A stretch of 64,000 nucleotides of DNA from Eledone cirrhosa (taxonomy: Eukaryota). The stretch covers positions 348,874,001 to 348,938,000 of the forward strand of contig OZ024742.1 of NCBI GenBank assembly GCA_964016885.1, given 5' to 3'. The notes under the pieces were generated by a model. It was not told the origin of the DNA. It worked only from the letters and a program-made list of their open reading frames with translations, and ran no database searches. Made by a program: the position numbers and the translations under genes. This document shows, piece by piece, positions 29,826-45,699 of the stretch (its first letter is position 1; each line of letters begins with the position of its first letter).

Positions 29826-32800
29826 CACAGTGTAAAGCTCTGTATGTCTCAATATGGCGACATTATTGATACAGTGTAAAGCTCTCTATGTCTCAATATG
29901 GCGACATTATTGACAGTGTAAAGCTCTCTATGTCTCAATTCTATGTCTCAATATGGTGAGATTATTGACACAGTGTAAAGCTCTCTATGTCTCAATATGG
30001 CGACATTATTGACAGTGTAAAGATTTCTATGTCTCAATATGGCGACATTATTGACAGTGTAAAGCTTACTATGTCTCAATATGGTTACATTATTGACAGT
30101 GTAAAGCTCTCTATGTCTCAATATGGCGACATTATTGACAATGTAAAGCTCTCTATGTCTCAATATGGCGACATTATTGACAGTGTAAAGCTCTCTATGT
30201 CTCAATATGGTGACATTGTTGACAGTGTAAAGCTCTCTATGTCTCAATATGGGGACATTATTGACACAGTATAAAGCTCTCTATGTCTCAATATGGTGAC
30301 GTTATTGACAAAGTGTAAAGCTCTCTATGTCTCAATATGGTAACATTATTGACACAGTGTAAAGCTCTCTATGTCTCAATATGGTGACATTATTGACAAT
30401 GTAAAGCTCTCTATGTCCCAATATTCTGACATTATTGACACATTGTAAAGCTCTGTATGTCTCAATATGGTGACATTATTGACAGTGTAAAGCTTCTATG
30501 TCTCAATATGTTGACATTATTGACACATTGTAAAGCTCTCTGTGTCTCAATATGGTGACATTATTGACGGTGTAAAGCTCTCTATGTCTGAATATGGCGA
30601 CATTATTGACAACGTAAAGCTCTCTATGTCTCAATATGGTGACATTATTGACAGTGTAAAGCCCTCTATGTCTCAATATGGTGACATCATTGACACAGTG
30701 TAAAGCTCTCTATGTCTCAATATGGCGACATTATTGATACAGTGAAAAGCTCTCTATGTCTCAATATGGCGACATTATTGACAGTGTAAAGCTCTCTATG
30801 TCTCAATATGGCGACATTATTGACAATATAAAGCTCTCTATGTCTCAATATGTTGACATTATTGACAGTGTAATTCTTTCTATGTCTCAATATGATGACA
30901 TTGTTAACACTGTAATGCTCTCTATGTCTCAATATGGCGACGTTATTGATAGAGTGTGAAGCTCTCTATGTCTCAATATGGTGACATTATCGACACAGTG
31001 TAAAGCTCTCTGTCTCAATATGGTGACATTATTGACACAGTGTAAAGCTCTCTATGTCTCAATATGGCGACATTATTGACACAGTGTAAGGCTCTCTATG
31101 TCTCAATATGGCGACATTATTGATACAGTATAAAGCTCTCTATGTCTAAATATGGCGACATTATTGACAGTGGAAAGCTCTCTATGTCTCAATATGGCGA
31201 CATTATTGACGATGTAATGCTCTCTATGTCTCAATATGGTGACATTATAGACAGTGTAAAGCTCTCCATGTCTCAATATGGTGACATTGTTGACACTGTA
31301 AAACTCTCTATGTCTCAATATGGTGACATTATTGATACAGTGTAAAGCTCTCTAAGTCTCAATATGGTGACATTATTGACACTGTGTAAAGCTCTCTATG
31401 TCTCAATATGGTGACATTATTGACACAGTGTAAAGCTCTCTGTGTGTCAATATGGCGACATTATAGACAATGTAAAGCTCTCTATGTCTCAATATGGCGA
31501 CATTATTGACACAGTTTAAAGCTCTCTATGTCTCAATATGGTGAAATTATTGACAGTGTAAAGCTCTCTATGTCTCAATATGGCGACGTTATTGACACAG
31601 TGTAAAGCTCTGTATGTCTCAATATGGCGACATTACTGATACAGTGAAAAGCTCTCTATGTCTCAATATGGCGACATTATTGACAATGTAAAGCTCTCTA
31701 TGTCTCAATAAATGTGACATTATTGACAGTGTAAAGCTCTGTATGTCTCAATATGGTGACATTATTGACAGTGTAAAGCTTCTATGTCTCAATATGGTGA
31801 CATTATTGACAGTGTAAACCTCTCTATGACTCAATATGGTGACATTAATGACACAGTGTAAAGCTCTCTATGTCTCAATATGGTCACATTATTGACACAG
31901 TGTAAAGCTCTCTATGTCTCAATCTGGCGACATTATTGACAATGTAAAGCTCTCTATGTCTCAATATGGCGACATTATTGACACAGTGTAATGCTCTCTA
32001 TGTCTCAATATGGTGACATTATTGACAGTGTAAAGCTCTCTATGTCTCAATATGGTGACATTATTGACACAGTGTAAAGCCCTCTATGTCTCAATATGGC
32101 GACATTATTGACACAGTGTAAAGCTCTCTATGTCTCAATATGGTGACATTATTGACAATGTAAAGCTTCTATGTCTCAATATGGTGAGATTATTGACAGT
32201 TGTAAAGCTCTCTATGTCTCAATATGGTGATATTATTGACAGTGTAAAGCTCTCTATGTCTCAATATGGTGAAATTATTAACACATTGTAAAGCTCTCTA
32301 TGTCTCAATATGGTGACATTAATGACAGTGTAAAGCTCTCTATGTCTCAATATGGCGACATTATTGACAATGTAGAGCTCTCTATGCCTCAATATGGTGA
32401 CATTATTGACAGTGTAAAGCTCTCTATGTCTCAATATAGTGACATTATTGACACATTGTAAAGCTCTCTATGTCTCAATATGATGACATTATTGACAGTG
32501 TAAAGCTCTCTATGTCTCAATATGGCGACATTATTGACAATGTAAAGCTCTCTATGTCTCAATATGGCGACATTATTGACAGTGTAAAGCTCTCTATGTC
32601 TCAATATGGTAACATTATTGACACAGTGTAAAGCTCTCTATGTCTCAATATGGTGACATTATTGACAATGTAAAGCTCTCTATGTCTTAATATAGTGACA
32701 TTATTGACACATTGTAAAGCTCTCTATGTCTCAATATGGTGAGATTATTGACACAGTGTAAAGCTCTCTATGTCTTAATATGGTGACATTATTGACAGTA

Positions 32801-33249
32801 TAAAGCTCTCTATGTCTCAATATGGCGACATTATTGACAATGTAAAGCTCTCTATGTCTCAATATGGTGAGATTATTGACACGTTGTAAAGCTCTCTATG
32901 TCTCAATATGGTGACATTATTGACAGTGTAAAGCTCTCTATGTCTCAATATGGTGACATTATTAACACATTGTAAAGCTCTCTATGTCTCAATATGGTGA
33001 CATTATTGACAGTGTAAAGCTCTCTATGTCTCAATATGGCGACATTATTGACAATGTAGAGCTCTCTATGTCTCAATATGGTGACATTATTGACAGTGTA
33101 AAGCTCTCTATGTCTCAATATAGTGACATTATTGACACATTGTAAAGCTCTCTATGTCTCAATATGATGACATTATTGACAGTGTAAAGCTCTCTATGTC
33201 TCAATATGGCGACATTATTGACAATGTAAAGCTCTCTATGTCTCAATAT

Positions 33250-36200
33250 GGTGACATTGTTGACAGTGTAAAGCTCTCTATGTCTCAATATGGGGACATT
33301 ATTGACACAGTATAAAGCTCTCTATGTCTCAATATGGTGACGTTATTGACAAAGTGTAAAGCTCTCTATGTCTCAATATGGTAACATTATTGACACAGTG
33401 TAAAGCTCTCTATGTCTCAATATGGTGACATTATTGACAATGTAAAGCTCTCTATGTCCCAATATTCTGACATTATTGACACATTGTAAAGCTCTCTATG
33501 TCTCAATATGGTGACATCATTGACAGTGTAAAGCTCTGTATGTCTCAATATGGTGACATTATTGACAGTGTAAAGCTTCTATGTCTCAATATGTTGACAT
33601 TATTGACACATTGTAAAGCTCTCTATGTCTCAATATGGTGACATTATTGACGGTGTAAATCTCTCTATGTCTCAATATGGCGACATTATTGACAACGTAA
33701 AGCTCTCTATGTCTCAATATGGTGACATTATTGACAGTGTAAAGCCCTCTATGTCTCAATATGGTGACATCATTGACACAGTGTAAAGCTCTCTATGTCT
33801 CAATATGGCGACATTATTGATACAGTGAAAAGCTCTCTATGTCTCAATATGGCGACATTATTGACAGTGTAAAGCTCTCTATGTCTCAATATGGCGACAT
33901 TATTGACAATGTAAAGCTCTCTATGTCTCAATATGGTGACATTATTGACAGTGTAAAGCTTTCTATGTCTCAATATGGTGACATAGTTAACACTGTAATG
34001 CTCTCTATGTCTCAATATGGCGACGTTATTGATACAGTGTGAAGCTCTCTATGTCTCAATATGGTGACATTATTGACACAGTGTAAAGCTCTCTGTCTCA
34101 ATATGGTGACATTATTGACACAGTGTAAAGCTCTCTATGTCTCAATATGGCGACATTATTGACACAGTGTAAGGCTCTCTATGTCTCAATATGGCGACAT
34201 TATTGATACAGTATAAAGCTCTCTATGTCTCAATATGGCGACATTATTGACAGTGTAAAGCTCCCTATGTCTCAATATGGCGACATTATTGACGATGTAG
34301 TGCTCTCTATGTCTCAATATGGTGACATTATAGACAGTGTAAAGCTCTCCATGTCTCAATATGGTGACATTGTTGACACTGTAAAGCTCTCTATGTCTCA
34401 ATATAGTGACATTATTGATACAGTGTAAAGCTCTCTAAGTCTCAATATGGTGACATTATTGACACAGTGTAAAGCTCTCTATGTCTCAATATGGTGACAT
34501 TATTGACACAGTGTAAAGCTCTCTATGTCTCAATATGGCGACATTATAGACAATGTAAAGCTCTCTATGTCTCAATATGGCGACATTATTGACACAGTTT
34601 AAAGCTCTCTATGTCTCAATATGGTGACATTATTGACAGTGTAAAGCTCTCTATGTCTCAATATGGCGACATTATTGACACAGTGTAAAGCTCTGTATGT
34701 CTCAATATGGCGACATTACTGATACAGTGAAAAGCTCTCTATGTCTCAATATGGCGACATTATTGACAGTGTAAAGCTCTCTATGTCTCAATATGGCGAC
34801 ATTATTGACAATGTAAAGCTCTCTATGTCTCAATATATGTGACATTATTGACAGTGTAAAGCTCTGTATGTCTCAATATGGTGACATTATTGACAGTGTA
34901 AAGCTTCTATGTCTCAATATGGTGACACTATTGATACAGTGTAAACCTCTCTATGTCTCAATATGGTGACATTATTGACGCAGTGTAAAGCTCTCTATGT
35001 CTCAATATGGCGACATTATTGACAATGTAAAGCTCTCTATGTCTCAATATGGCGACATTATTGACACAGTGTAATGCTCTCTATGTCTCAATATGGTGAC
35101 ATTATTGACAGTGTAAAGCTCTCTATGTCCCAATATGGTGACATTATTGACACAGTGTAAAGCTCTCTATGTCTCAATATGGTGAGATTATTGACACGTT
35201 GTAAAGCTCTCTATGTCTCAATATGGTGACATTATTGACAGTGTAAAGCTCTCTATGTCTCAATATGGTGACATTATTAACACATTGTAAAGCTCTCTAT
35301 GTCTCAATATGGTGACATTATTGACAGTGTAAAGCTCTCTATGTCTCAATATGGCGACATTATTGACAATGTAGAGCTCTCTATGTCTCAATATGGTGAC
35401 ATTATTGACAGTGTAAAGCTCTCTATGTCTCAATATAGTGACATTATTGACACATTGTAAAGCTCTCTATGTCTCAATATGATGACATTATTGACAGTGT
35501 AAAGCTCTCTATGTCTCAATATGGCGACATTATTGACAATGTAAAGCTCTCTATGTTTCAATATAGTGACATTATTGACACATTGTAAAGCTCTCTATGT
35601 CTCAATATGGTGAGATTATTGACACAGTGTAAAGCTCTCTATGTCTTAATATTGTGACATTATTGACAGTGTGAAGCTCTGTATGTCTGAATATGGCGAC
35701 ATTATTGACACAGTGTAAAGCTCTGTATGTCTCAATATGGCGACATTATTGATACAGTGTAAAGCTCTCTATGTCTCAATATGGCGACATTATTGACAGT
35801 GTAAAGCTCTCTATGTCTCAATATGGCGACATTATTGACAATGTAAAGCTCTCTATGTCTCAATATGGTGACATTATTGACACAGTGTAAAGTTCTCTAT
35901 GTCTCAATATGGTGACATTATTGACAGTGTAAAGCTCTCTATGTCTCAATATGGCGACATTATTGGCAATGTAAAGCTCTCTATGTCTCAATATGGTGAC
36001 ATTATTGACACATTGTAAAGCTCTCTATGTTTCAATATGGTGACATCATTGACATTGTTAAGCTCTGTATGTCTCAATATGGTGACATTATTGACAGTGT
36101 AAAGCTTCTATGTCTCAATATGGTGACATTATTGACACAATGTAAAGCTCTCTATGTCTCAATATGGTTGACATTATTGACAGTGTAAAGCTTCTATGTC

Positions 36201-37400
36201 TCAATATGGTGAGATTATTGACACAATGTAAAACTCTCTATGTCTTAATATGGTGAGATTATTGACAGTGTAAAGCTCTCTATGTCTTAATATGGCGACA
36301 TTATTGACAATGTAAAGCTCTCTATGTCTCAATATGGTGACATTATTGACAGTGTAAAGCTGTCTATGTCTCAATATGGTGACATCATTGACACATTGTA
36401 AAGCTCTCTATGTCTCAATATGGTGACATTATTGACAGTGTAAAGCTCTCTATGTCTCAATATGGCGATATTATTGACAATGTAAAGCTCTCGATGTCTC
36501 AATATGGTGACATTATTGACAGTGTAAAGCTCTCTATGTCTCAATATAGTGACATTATTGACACATTGTAAAGCTCTCTATGTTTCAATACGGTGACATT
36601 ATTGACAGTGTAAAGCTCTCTATGTATCAATATGGTGACATTATCGACAGTGTAAAGCTCTCTATGTCTCAATATGGCGACATTATTGACACAGTGTAAA
36701 GCTCTGTATGTCTCATTATGGCGACATTATTGATACAGTGTAAAGCTCTCTATGTCTCAATATGGCGACATTATTGACAGTGTAAAGCTCTCTATGTCTC
36801 AATTCTATGTCTCAATATGGTGAGATTATTGACACAGTGTAAAGCTCTCTATGTCTCAATATGGCGACATTATTGACAGTGTAAAGCTTTCTATGTCTCA
36901 ATATGGCGACATTATTGACAGTGTAAAGCTTTCTATGTCTCAATATGGTTACATTATTGACAGTGTAAAGCTCTCTGTGTCTCAATATGGCGACATTATT
37001 GACAGTGTAAAGCTCTCTATGTCTCAATATGGCGACATTATTGACGATGTAATGCTCTCTATGTCTCAATATGGTGACATTATAGACAGTGTAAAGCTCT
37101 CCATGTCTCAATATGGTGACATTGTTGACACTGTAAAGCTCTCTATGTCTCAATATAGTGACATTATTGATACAGTGTAAAGCTCTCTAAGTCTCAATAT
37201 GGTGACATTATTGACACAGTGTAAAGCTCTCTATGTCTCAATATGGTGACATTATTGACACAGTGTAAAGCTCTCTATGTCTCAATATGGCGACATTATA
37301 GACAATGTAAAGCTCTCTATGTCTCAGTATGGCGACATTATTGACACAGTTTAAAGCTCTCTATGTCTCAATATGGTGACATTATTGACAGTGTAAAGCT
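33250..37400. repeat. Dispersed copy of the lineage-A block (~5.35-9.4 kb)
   Basis: The offset is 27907 for 5893/33800, 6279/34186 and 8905/36812. The block carries the A-type variants CATAGTTAAC, GTAGTGCTC, AAAGTTCTC, GGTTGAC and CTCATTATGG. Confidence 0.88.
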
Positions 37401-40400
37401 CTCTATGTCTCAATATGGCGACATTACTGATACAGTGAAAAGCTCTCTATGTCTCAATATGGCGACATTATTGACAGTGTAAAGCTCTCTATGTCTCAAT
37501 ATGGCGACATTATTGACAATGTAAAGCTCTCTATGTCTCAATATATGTGACATTATTGACAGTGTAAAGCTCTGTATGTCTCAATATGGTGACATTATTG
37601 ACAGTGTAAAGCTTCTATGTCTCAATATGGTGACACTATTGATACAGTGTAAACCTCTCTATGTCTCAATATGGTGACATTATTGACGCAGTGTAAAGCT
37701 CTCTATGTCTCAATATGGCGACATTATTGACAATGTAAAGCTCTCTATGTCTCAATATGGCGACATTATTGACACAGTCTAATGCTCTCTATGTCTCAAT
37801 ATGGTGACATTATTGACAGTGTAAAGCTCTCTATGTCTCAATATGGTGACATTATTGACACAGTGTAAAGCTCTCTATGTCTCAATATGGCGACATTATT
37901 GACACAGTGTAAAGCTCTCTATGTCTCAATATGGTGACATTATTGACAATATAAAGCTTCTATGTCTCAATATGGTGAGATTATTGACACGTTGTAAAGC
38001 TCTCTATGTCTCAATATGGTGACATTATTGACAGTGTAAAGCTCTCTATGTCTCAATATAGTGACATGATTGACACATTGTAAAGCTCTCTATGTCTCAA
38101 TATGATGACATTATTGACAGTGTAAAGCTCTCTATGTCTCAATATGGCGACATTATTGACAATGTAAAGCTCTCTATGTCTCAATATAGTCACATTATTG
38201 ACACATTGTAAAGCTCTATATGTCTCAATATGGTGAGATTATTGACACAGTGTAAAGCTCTCTATGTCTGAATATGGCGACATTATTGACACAGTGTAAA
38301 GCTCTGTATGTCTCAATATGGCGACATTATTGATACAGTGTAAAGCTCTCTATGTCTCAATATGGCGACATTATTGACAGTGTAAAGCTCTCTATGTCTC
38401 AATATGGCGACATTATTGACAATGTAAAGCTCTCTATGTCTCAATATGGTGACATTATTGACACAGTGTAAAGTACTCTATGTCTCAATATGGTGACATT
38501 ATTGACAGTGTAAAGCTCTCTATGTCTCAATATGGCGACATTATTGGCAATGTAAAGCTCTCTATGTCTCAATATGGTGACATTATTGACACATTGTAAA
38601 GCTCTCTATGTTTCAATATGGTGACATCATTGACATTGTTAAGCTCTGTATGTCTCAATATGGTGACATTATTGACAGTGTAAAGCTTCTATGTCTCAAT
38701 ATGGTGACATTATTGACAGTGTAAAGCTTCTATGTCTCAATATGGTGAGATTATTGACACAATGTAAAACTCTCTATGTCTCAATATGGTGAGATTATTG
38801 ACAGTGTAAAGCTCTCTATGTCTAAATATGGCGACATTATTGACAATGTAAAGCTCTCTATGTCTCAATATGTTGACATTATTGACAGTGTAAAGCTCTC
38901 TATGTCTCAATATGGTGACATCATTGACACATTGTAAAGCTCTCTATGTCTCAATATGGTGACATTATTGACAGTGTAAAGCTCTCTATGTCTCTATATG
39001 GCGATATTATTGACAATGTAAAGCTCTCTATGTCTCAATATGGTGACATTATTGACAGTGTAAAGCTCTCTATGTCTCAATATAGTGACATTATTGACAC
39101 ATTGTAAAGCTCTCTATGTTTCAATATGGTGACATTATTGACAGTGTAAATCTCTCTATGTCTCAATATGGTGACATTATCGACAGTGTAAAGCTCTCTA
39201 TGTCTCAATATGGCGACATTATTGACACAGTGTAAAGCTCTGTATGTCTCAATATGGCGACATTATTGATACAGTGTAAAGCTCTCTATGTCTCAATATG
39301 GCGACATTATTGACAGTGTAAAGCTCTCTATGTCTCAATTCTATGTCTCAATATGGTGAGATTATTGACACAGTGTAAAGCTCTCTATGTCTCAATATGG
39401 CGACATTATTGACAGTGTAAAGATTTCTATGTCTCAATATGGCGACATTATTGACAGTGTAAAGCTTACTATGTCTCAATATGGTTACATTATTGACAGT
39501 GTAAAGCTCTCTATGTCTCAATATGGCGACATTATTGACAGTGTAAAGCTCTCTATGTCTCAATATGGTGACATTGTTGACAGTGTAAAGCTCTCTATGT
39601 CTCAATATGGGGACATTATTGACACAGTATAAAGCTCTCTATGTCTCAATATGGTGACGTTATTGACAAAGTGTAAAGCTCTCTATGTCTCAATATGGTA
39701 ACATTATTGACACAGTGTAAAGCTCTCTATGTCTCAATATGGTGACATTATTGACAATGTAAAGCTCTCTATGTCCCAATATTCTGACATTATTGACACA
39801 TTGTAAAGCTCTGTATGTCTCAATATGATGACATTATTGACAGTGTAAAGCTTCTATGTCTCAATATGTTGACATTATTGACACATTGTAAAGCTCTCTG
39901 TGTCTCAATATGGTGACATTATTGACGGTGTAAAGCTCTCTATGTCTGAATATGGCGACATTATTGACAACGTAAAGCTCTCTATGTCTCAATATGGTGA
40001 CATTATTGACAGTGTAAAGCCCTCTATGTGTCAATATGGTGACATCATTGACACAGTGTAAAGCTCTCTATGTCTCAATATGGCGACATTATTGATACAG
40101 TGAAAAGCTCTCTATGTGACAATATGGCGACATTATTGACAGTGTAAAGCTCTCTATGTCTCAATATGGCGACATTATTGACAATATAAAGCTCTCTATG
40201 TCTCAATATGTTGACATTATTGACAGTGTAAATCTTTCTATGTCTCAATATGATGACATTGTTAACACTGTAATGCTCTCTATGTCTCAATATGGCGACG
40301 TTATTGATACAGTGTGAAGCTCTCTATGTCTCAATATGGTGACATTATTGACACAGTGTAAAGCTCTCTGTCTCAATATGGTGACATTATTGACACAGTG

Positions 40401-43400
40401 TAAAGCTCTCTATGTCTCAATATGGCGACATTATTGACACAGTGTAAGGCTCTCTATGTCTCAATATGGCGACATTATTGATACAGTATAAAGCTCTCTA
40501 TGTCTAAATATGGCGACATTATTGACAGTGTAAAGCTCTCTATGTCTCAATATGGCGACATTATTGACGATGTAATGCTCTCTATGTCTCAATATGGTGA
40601 CATTATAGACAGTGTAAAGCTCTCCATGTCTCAATATGGTGACATTGTTGACACTGTAAAACTCTCTATGTCTCAATATGGTGACATTATTGATACAGTG
40701 TAAAGCTCTCTAAGTCTCAATATGGTGACATTATTGACACTGTGTAAAGCTCTCTATGTCTCAATATGGTGACATTATTGACACAGTGTAAAGCTCTCTG
40801 TGTCTCAATATGGCGACATTATAGACAATGTAAAGCTCTCTATGTCTCAATATGGCGACATTATTGACACAGTTTAAAGCTCTCTATGTCTCAATATGGT
40901 GAAATTATTGACAGTGTAAAGCTCTCTATGTCTCAATATGGCGACATTATTGACACAGTGTAAAGCTCTGTATGTCTCAATATGGCGACATTACTGATAC
41001 AGTGAAAAGCTCTCTATGTCTCAATATGGCGACATTATTGACAATGTAAAGCTCTCTATGTCTCAATAAATGTGACATTATTGACAGTGTAAAGCTCTGT
41101 ATGTCTCAATATGGTGACATTATTGACAGTGTAAAGCTTCTATGTCTCAATATGGTGACACTATTGATACAGTGTAAACCTCTCTATGACTCAATATGGT
41201 GACATTAATGACACAGTGTAAAGCTCTCTATGTCTCAATATGGTCACATTATTGACACAGTGTAAAGCTCTCTATGTCTCAATATGGCGACATTATTGAC
41301 AATGTAAAGCTTTCTATGTCTCAATATGGCGACATTATTGACACAGTGTAATGCTCTCTATGTCTCAATATGGTGACATTATTGACAGTGTAAAGCTCTC
41401 TATGTCTCAATATGGTGACATTATTGACACAGTGTAAAGCCCTCTATGTCTCAATATGGCGACACTATTGACACAGTGTAAAGCTCTCTATGTCTCAATA
41501 TGGTGACATTATTGACAATGTAAAGCTTCTATGTCTCAATATGGTGAGATTATTGACACGTTGTAAAGCTCTCTATGTCTCAATATGGTGATATTATTGA
41601 CAGTGTAAAGCTCTCTATGTCTCAATATGGTGACATTATTAACACATTGTAAAGCTCTCTATGTCTCAATATGGTGACATTAATGACAGTGTAAAGCTCT
41701 CTATGTCTCAATATGGCGACATTATTGACAATGTAGAGCTCTCTATGCCTCAATATGGTGACATTATTGACAGTGTAAAGCTCTCTATGTCTCAATATAG
41801 TGACATTATTGACACATTGTAAACTCTCTATGTCTCAATATGATGACATTATTGACAGTGTAAAGCTCTCTATGTCTCAATATGGCGACATTATTGACAA
41901 TGTAAAGCTCTCTATGTCTCAATATGGCGACATTATTGACAGTGTAAAGCTCTCTATGTCTCAATATGGTAACATTATTGACACAGTGTAAAGCTCTCTA
42001 TGTCTCAATATGGTGACATTATTGACAATGTAAAGCTCTCTATGTCTTAATATAGTGACATTATTGACACATTGTAAAGCTCTCTATGTCTCAATATGGT
42101 GAGATTATTGACACAGTGTAAAGCTCTCTATGTCTTAATATGGTGACATTATTGACAGTGTAAAGCTCTCTATGTCTCAATATGGCGACATTATTGACAA
42201 TGTAAAGCTCTCTATGTCTCAATATGGTGAGATTATTGACAGTGTAAAGCTCTCTATGTCTCAATATGGTGACATTATTAACACATTGTAAAGCTCTCTA
42301 TGTCTCAATATGGTGACATTATTGACAGTGTAAAGCTCTCTATGTCTCAATATGGCGACATTATTGACAATGTAGAGCTCTCTATGTCTCAATATGGTGA
42401 CATTATTGACAGTGTAAAGCTCTCTATGTCTCAATATGGTAACATTATTGACACAGTGTAAAGCTCTCTATGTCTCAATATGGTGACATTATTGACAATG
42501 TAAAGCTCTCTATGTCTCAATATAGTGACATTATTGACACATTGTAAAGCTCTCTATGTCTCAATATGATGACATTATTGACAGTGTAAAGCTCTCTATG
42601 TCTCAATATGGTGACATTATTGACACAGTGTAAAGCTCTCTATGTCTCAATATGGCGACATTATTGACACAGTGTAAAGCTCTCTATGTCTCAATATGGT
42701 GACATTATTGACAATGTAAAGCTTCTATGTCTCAATATGGTGAGATTATTGACACGTTGTAAAGCTCTCTATGTCTCAATATGGTGACATTATTGACAGT
42801 GTAAAGCTCTCTATGTCTCAATATGGTGACATTATTAACACATTGTAAAGCTCTCTATGTCTCAATATGGTGACATTATTGACAGTGTAAAGCTCTCTAT
42901 GTCTCAATATAGTGACATTATTGACACATTGTAAAGCTCTCTATGTCTCAATATGATGACATTATTGACAGTGTAAAGCTCTCTATGTCTCAATATGGCG
43001 ACATTATTGACAATGTAAAGCTCTCTATGTCTCAATATGGCGACATTATTGACAGTGTAAAGCTCTCTATGTCTCAATATGGTAACATTATTGACACAGT
43101 GTAAAGCTCTCTATGTCTCAATATGGTGACATTATTGACAATGTAAAGCTCTCTATGTCTCAATATAGTGACATTATTGACACATTGTAAAGCTCTCTAT
43201 GTCTCAATATGGTGAGATTATTGACACGTTGTAAAGCTCTCTATGTCTTAATATGGTGACATTATTGACAGTGTAAAGCTCTCTATGTCTCAATATGGCG
43301 ACATTATTGACAATGTAAAGCTCTCTATGTCTCAATATGGTGAGATTATTGACACGTTGTAAAGCTCTCTATGTCTCAATATGGTGAGATTATTGACACG

Positions 43401-45699
43401 TTGTAAAGCTCTCTATGTCTCAATATGGTGACATTATTGACAGTGTAAAGCTCTCTATGTCTCAATATGGTAACATTATTGACACAGTGTAAAGCTCTTT
43501 ATGTCTCAATATGGTGACATTATTGACAATGTAAAGCTCTCTATGTCTCAATATAGTGACATTATTGACACATTGTAAAGCTCTCTATGTCTCAATATGG
43601 TGAGATTATTGACAGGGTGTAAAGCTCTCTATGTCTTAATATGGTGACACTATTGTCAGTGTAAAGTTCTCTATGTCTCAATATGGCGACATTATTGACA
43701 GTGTAAATCTCTCTATGTCTCAATATGGCGACATTATTGATACAGTGTAAAGCTCTCTATGTCTCAATATGGCGACATTATTGACAATGTAAAGCTCTCT
43801 ATGTCTCAATATGGCGACATTATTGACACAGTGTAAAGCTCTCTATGTCTCAATATGGCGACATTATTCACAATGTAAAGCTCTCTATGTCTCAATATGG
43901 CGACATTATTGATACAGTGTAAAGCTCTCTATGTCTCAATATGACGACATTATCGATACAGTGTAAAGCTCTGTATGTCTCAATATGGTGAGATTATTGA
44001 CACAGCGTAAAGCTCTCTATGTCTCAATATGGTGACATTATTGACAGTGTAAAGCTCTCTATGTCTCAATATTGCGACATTATTGACAATGTAAAGCTCT
44101 CTATGTCTGAATATATGTGACATGATTGACAGTGTAAAGCTCTCTATGTCTCAATATGGTGACATTATTGACACAGTGTAAAGCTCTCTATGTCTCAATA
44201 TGGCGTCATTATTGACAATGTAAAGCTCTCTATGTCTCAATATGCCGACATTATTGACACAGTGTAAAGCTCTCTATGTATCAATATGGTGACATTATTG
44301 ACAGTGTAAAGCTTTCTATGTCTCAATATGTTGACATTATTGACAAAGTGTAAAGCTCTCTATGTCTCAATATGGTGACATTATTGACAGTGTAAAGCTT
44401 CTATGTCTCAATATGGTGAGATTATTGACACATTGTAAAGGTCTCTATGTCTCAATATGGTGACATTATTGACAGTGTAAAGCTCTTTATGTCTCAATAT
44501 GGTGACATTATTGACACATTGTAAAGCTCTCTATGTCTCAATATGGTGACATTATTGACAGCGTAAAGCTCTCTATGTCTCAATATGGTGACATTATCGA
44601 CAGTGTAAAGCTCTCTATGTCTCAATATGGCGACATTATTGACAATATAAAGCTCTCTATGTCTCAATATGGCGACATTATTGACACAGTGTAAAGCTCT
44701 GTATGTCTCAATATGGCGACATTATTGATAAAGTGTAAAGCTCTCTATGTCTCAATATGGCGACATTATTGACAGTGTAAAGCTCTCTATGTCTCAACAT
44801 GGCGACATTATTGACAATGTAAAGCTCTCTATGTGTCAATATGGTGACATTATTGACACATTGTAAAGCTCTCTATGTCTCAATATGGTGAGATTATTCA
44901 CACAGTATAAAGCTCTCTATGTCTCAATATGGTTACATTATTGACAGTGTAAAGCTCTCTATGTCTCAATATGGCGACATTATTGACAATGTAGAGCTCT
45001 CTATGTCTCAATATGGTGACATTATTGACAATGTAATGCTCTCTATGTCTCAATATGGTGACATTATTGAAACAGTGTAAAGCTCTCTAAGTCTCAATAT
45101 GGTGACATTATTGACACAGTGTAAAGCTCTCTGTCTCAATATGGTGACATTATTGACACAGTGTAAAGATCTCTATGTCTCAATATGGCGACATTATAGA
45201 CAATGTAAAGCTCTCTATGTCTCAATATTGCGACATTATTGACACAGTTTAAAGCTCTCTATGTCTCAATATGGTGACATTATTGACAGTGTAAAGCTCT
45301 CTATGTCTCAATATGCCGACATTATTGACACAGTGTAAAGCTCTGTATGTCTCAATATGGCGACAGTACTGATACAGTGAAAAGCTCTCTATGTCTCAAT
45401 ATGGCGACATTATTGACAGTGTAAAGCTCTCTATGTCTCAATATGGCGACATTATTGACAATGTAAAGCTCTCTATGTCTCAATATATGTGACATTATTG
45501 ACAGTGTAAAGCTCTGTATGTCTCAATATGGTGACATTATTGACAGTGTAAAGCTTCTATGTCTCAATATGGTGACACTATTGATACAGTGTAAACCTCT
45601 CTATGTCTCAATATAGTGACATTAATGACACAGTGTAAAGCTCTCTATGTGTCAATATGGTGACATTATTGACACAGTGTAAAGCTCTCTATGTCTCAA

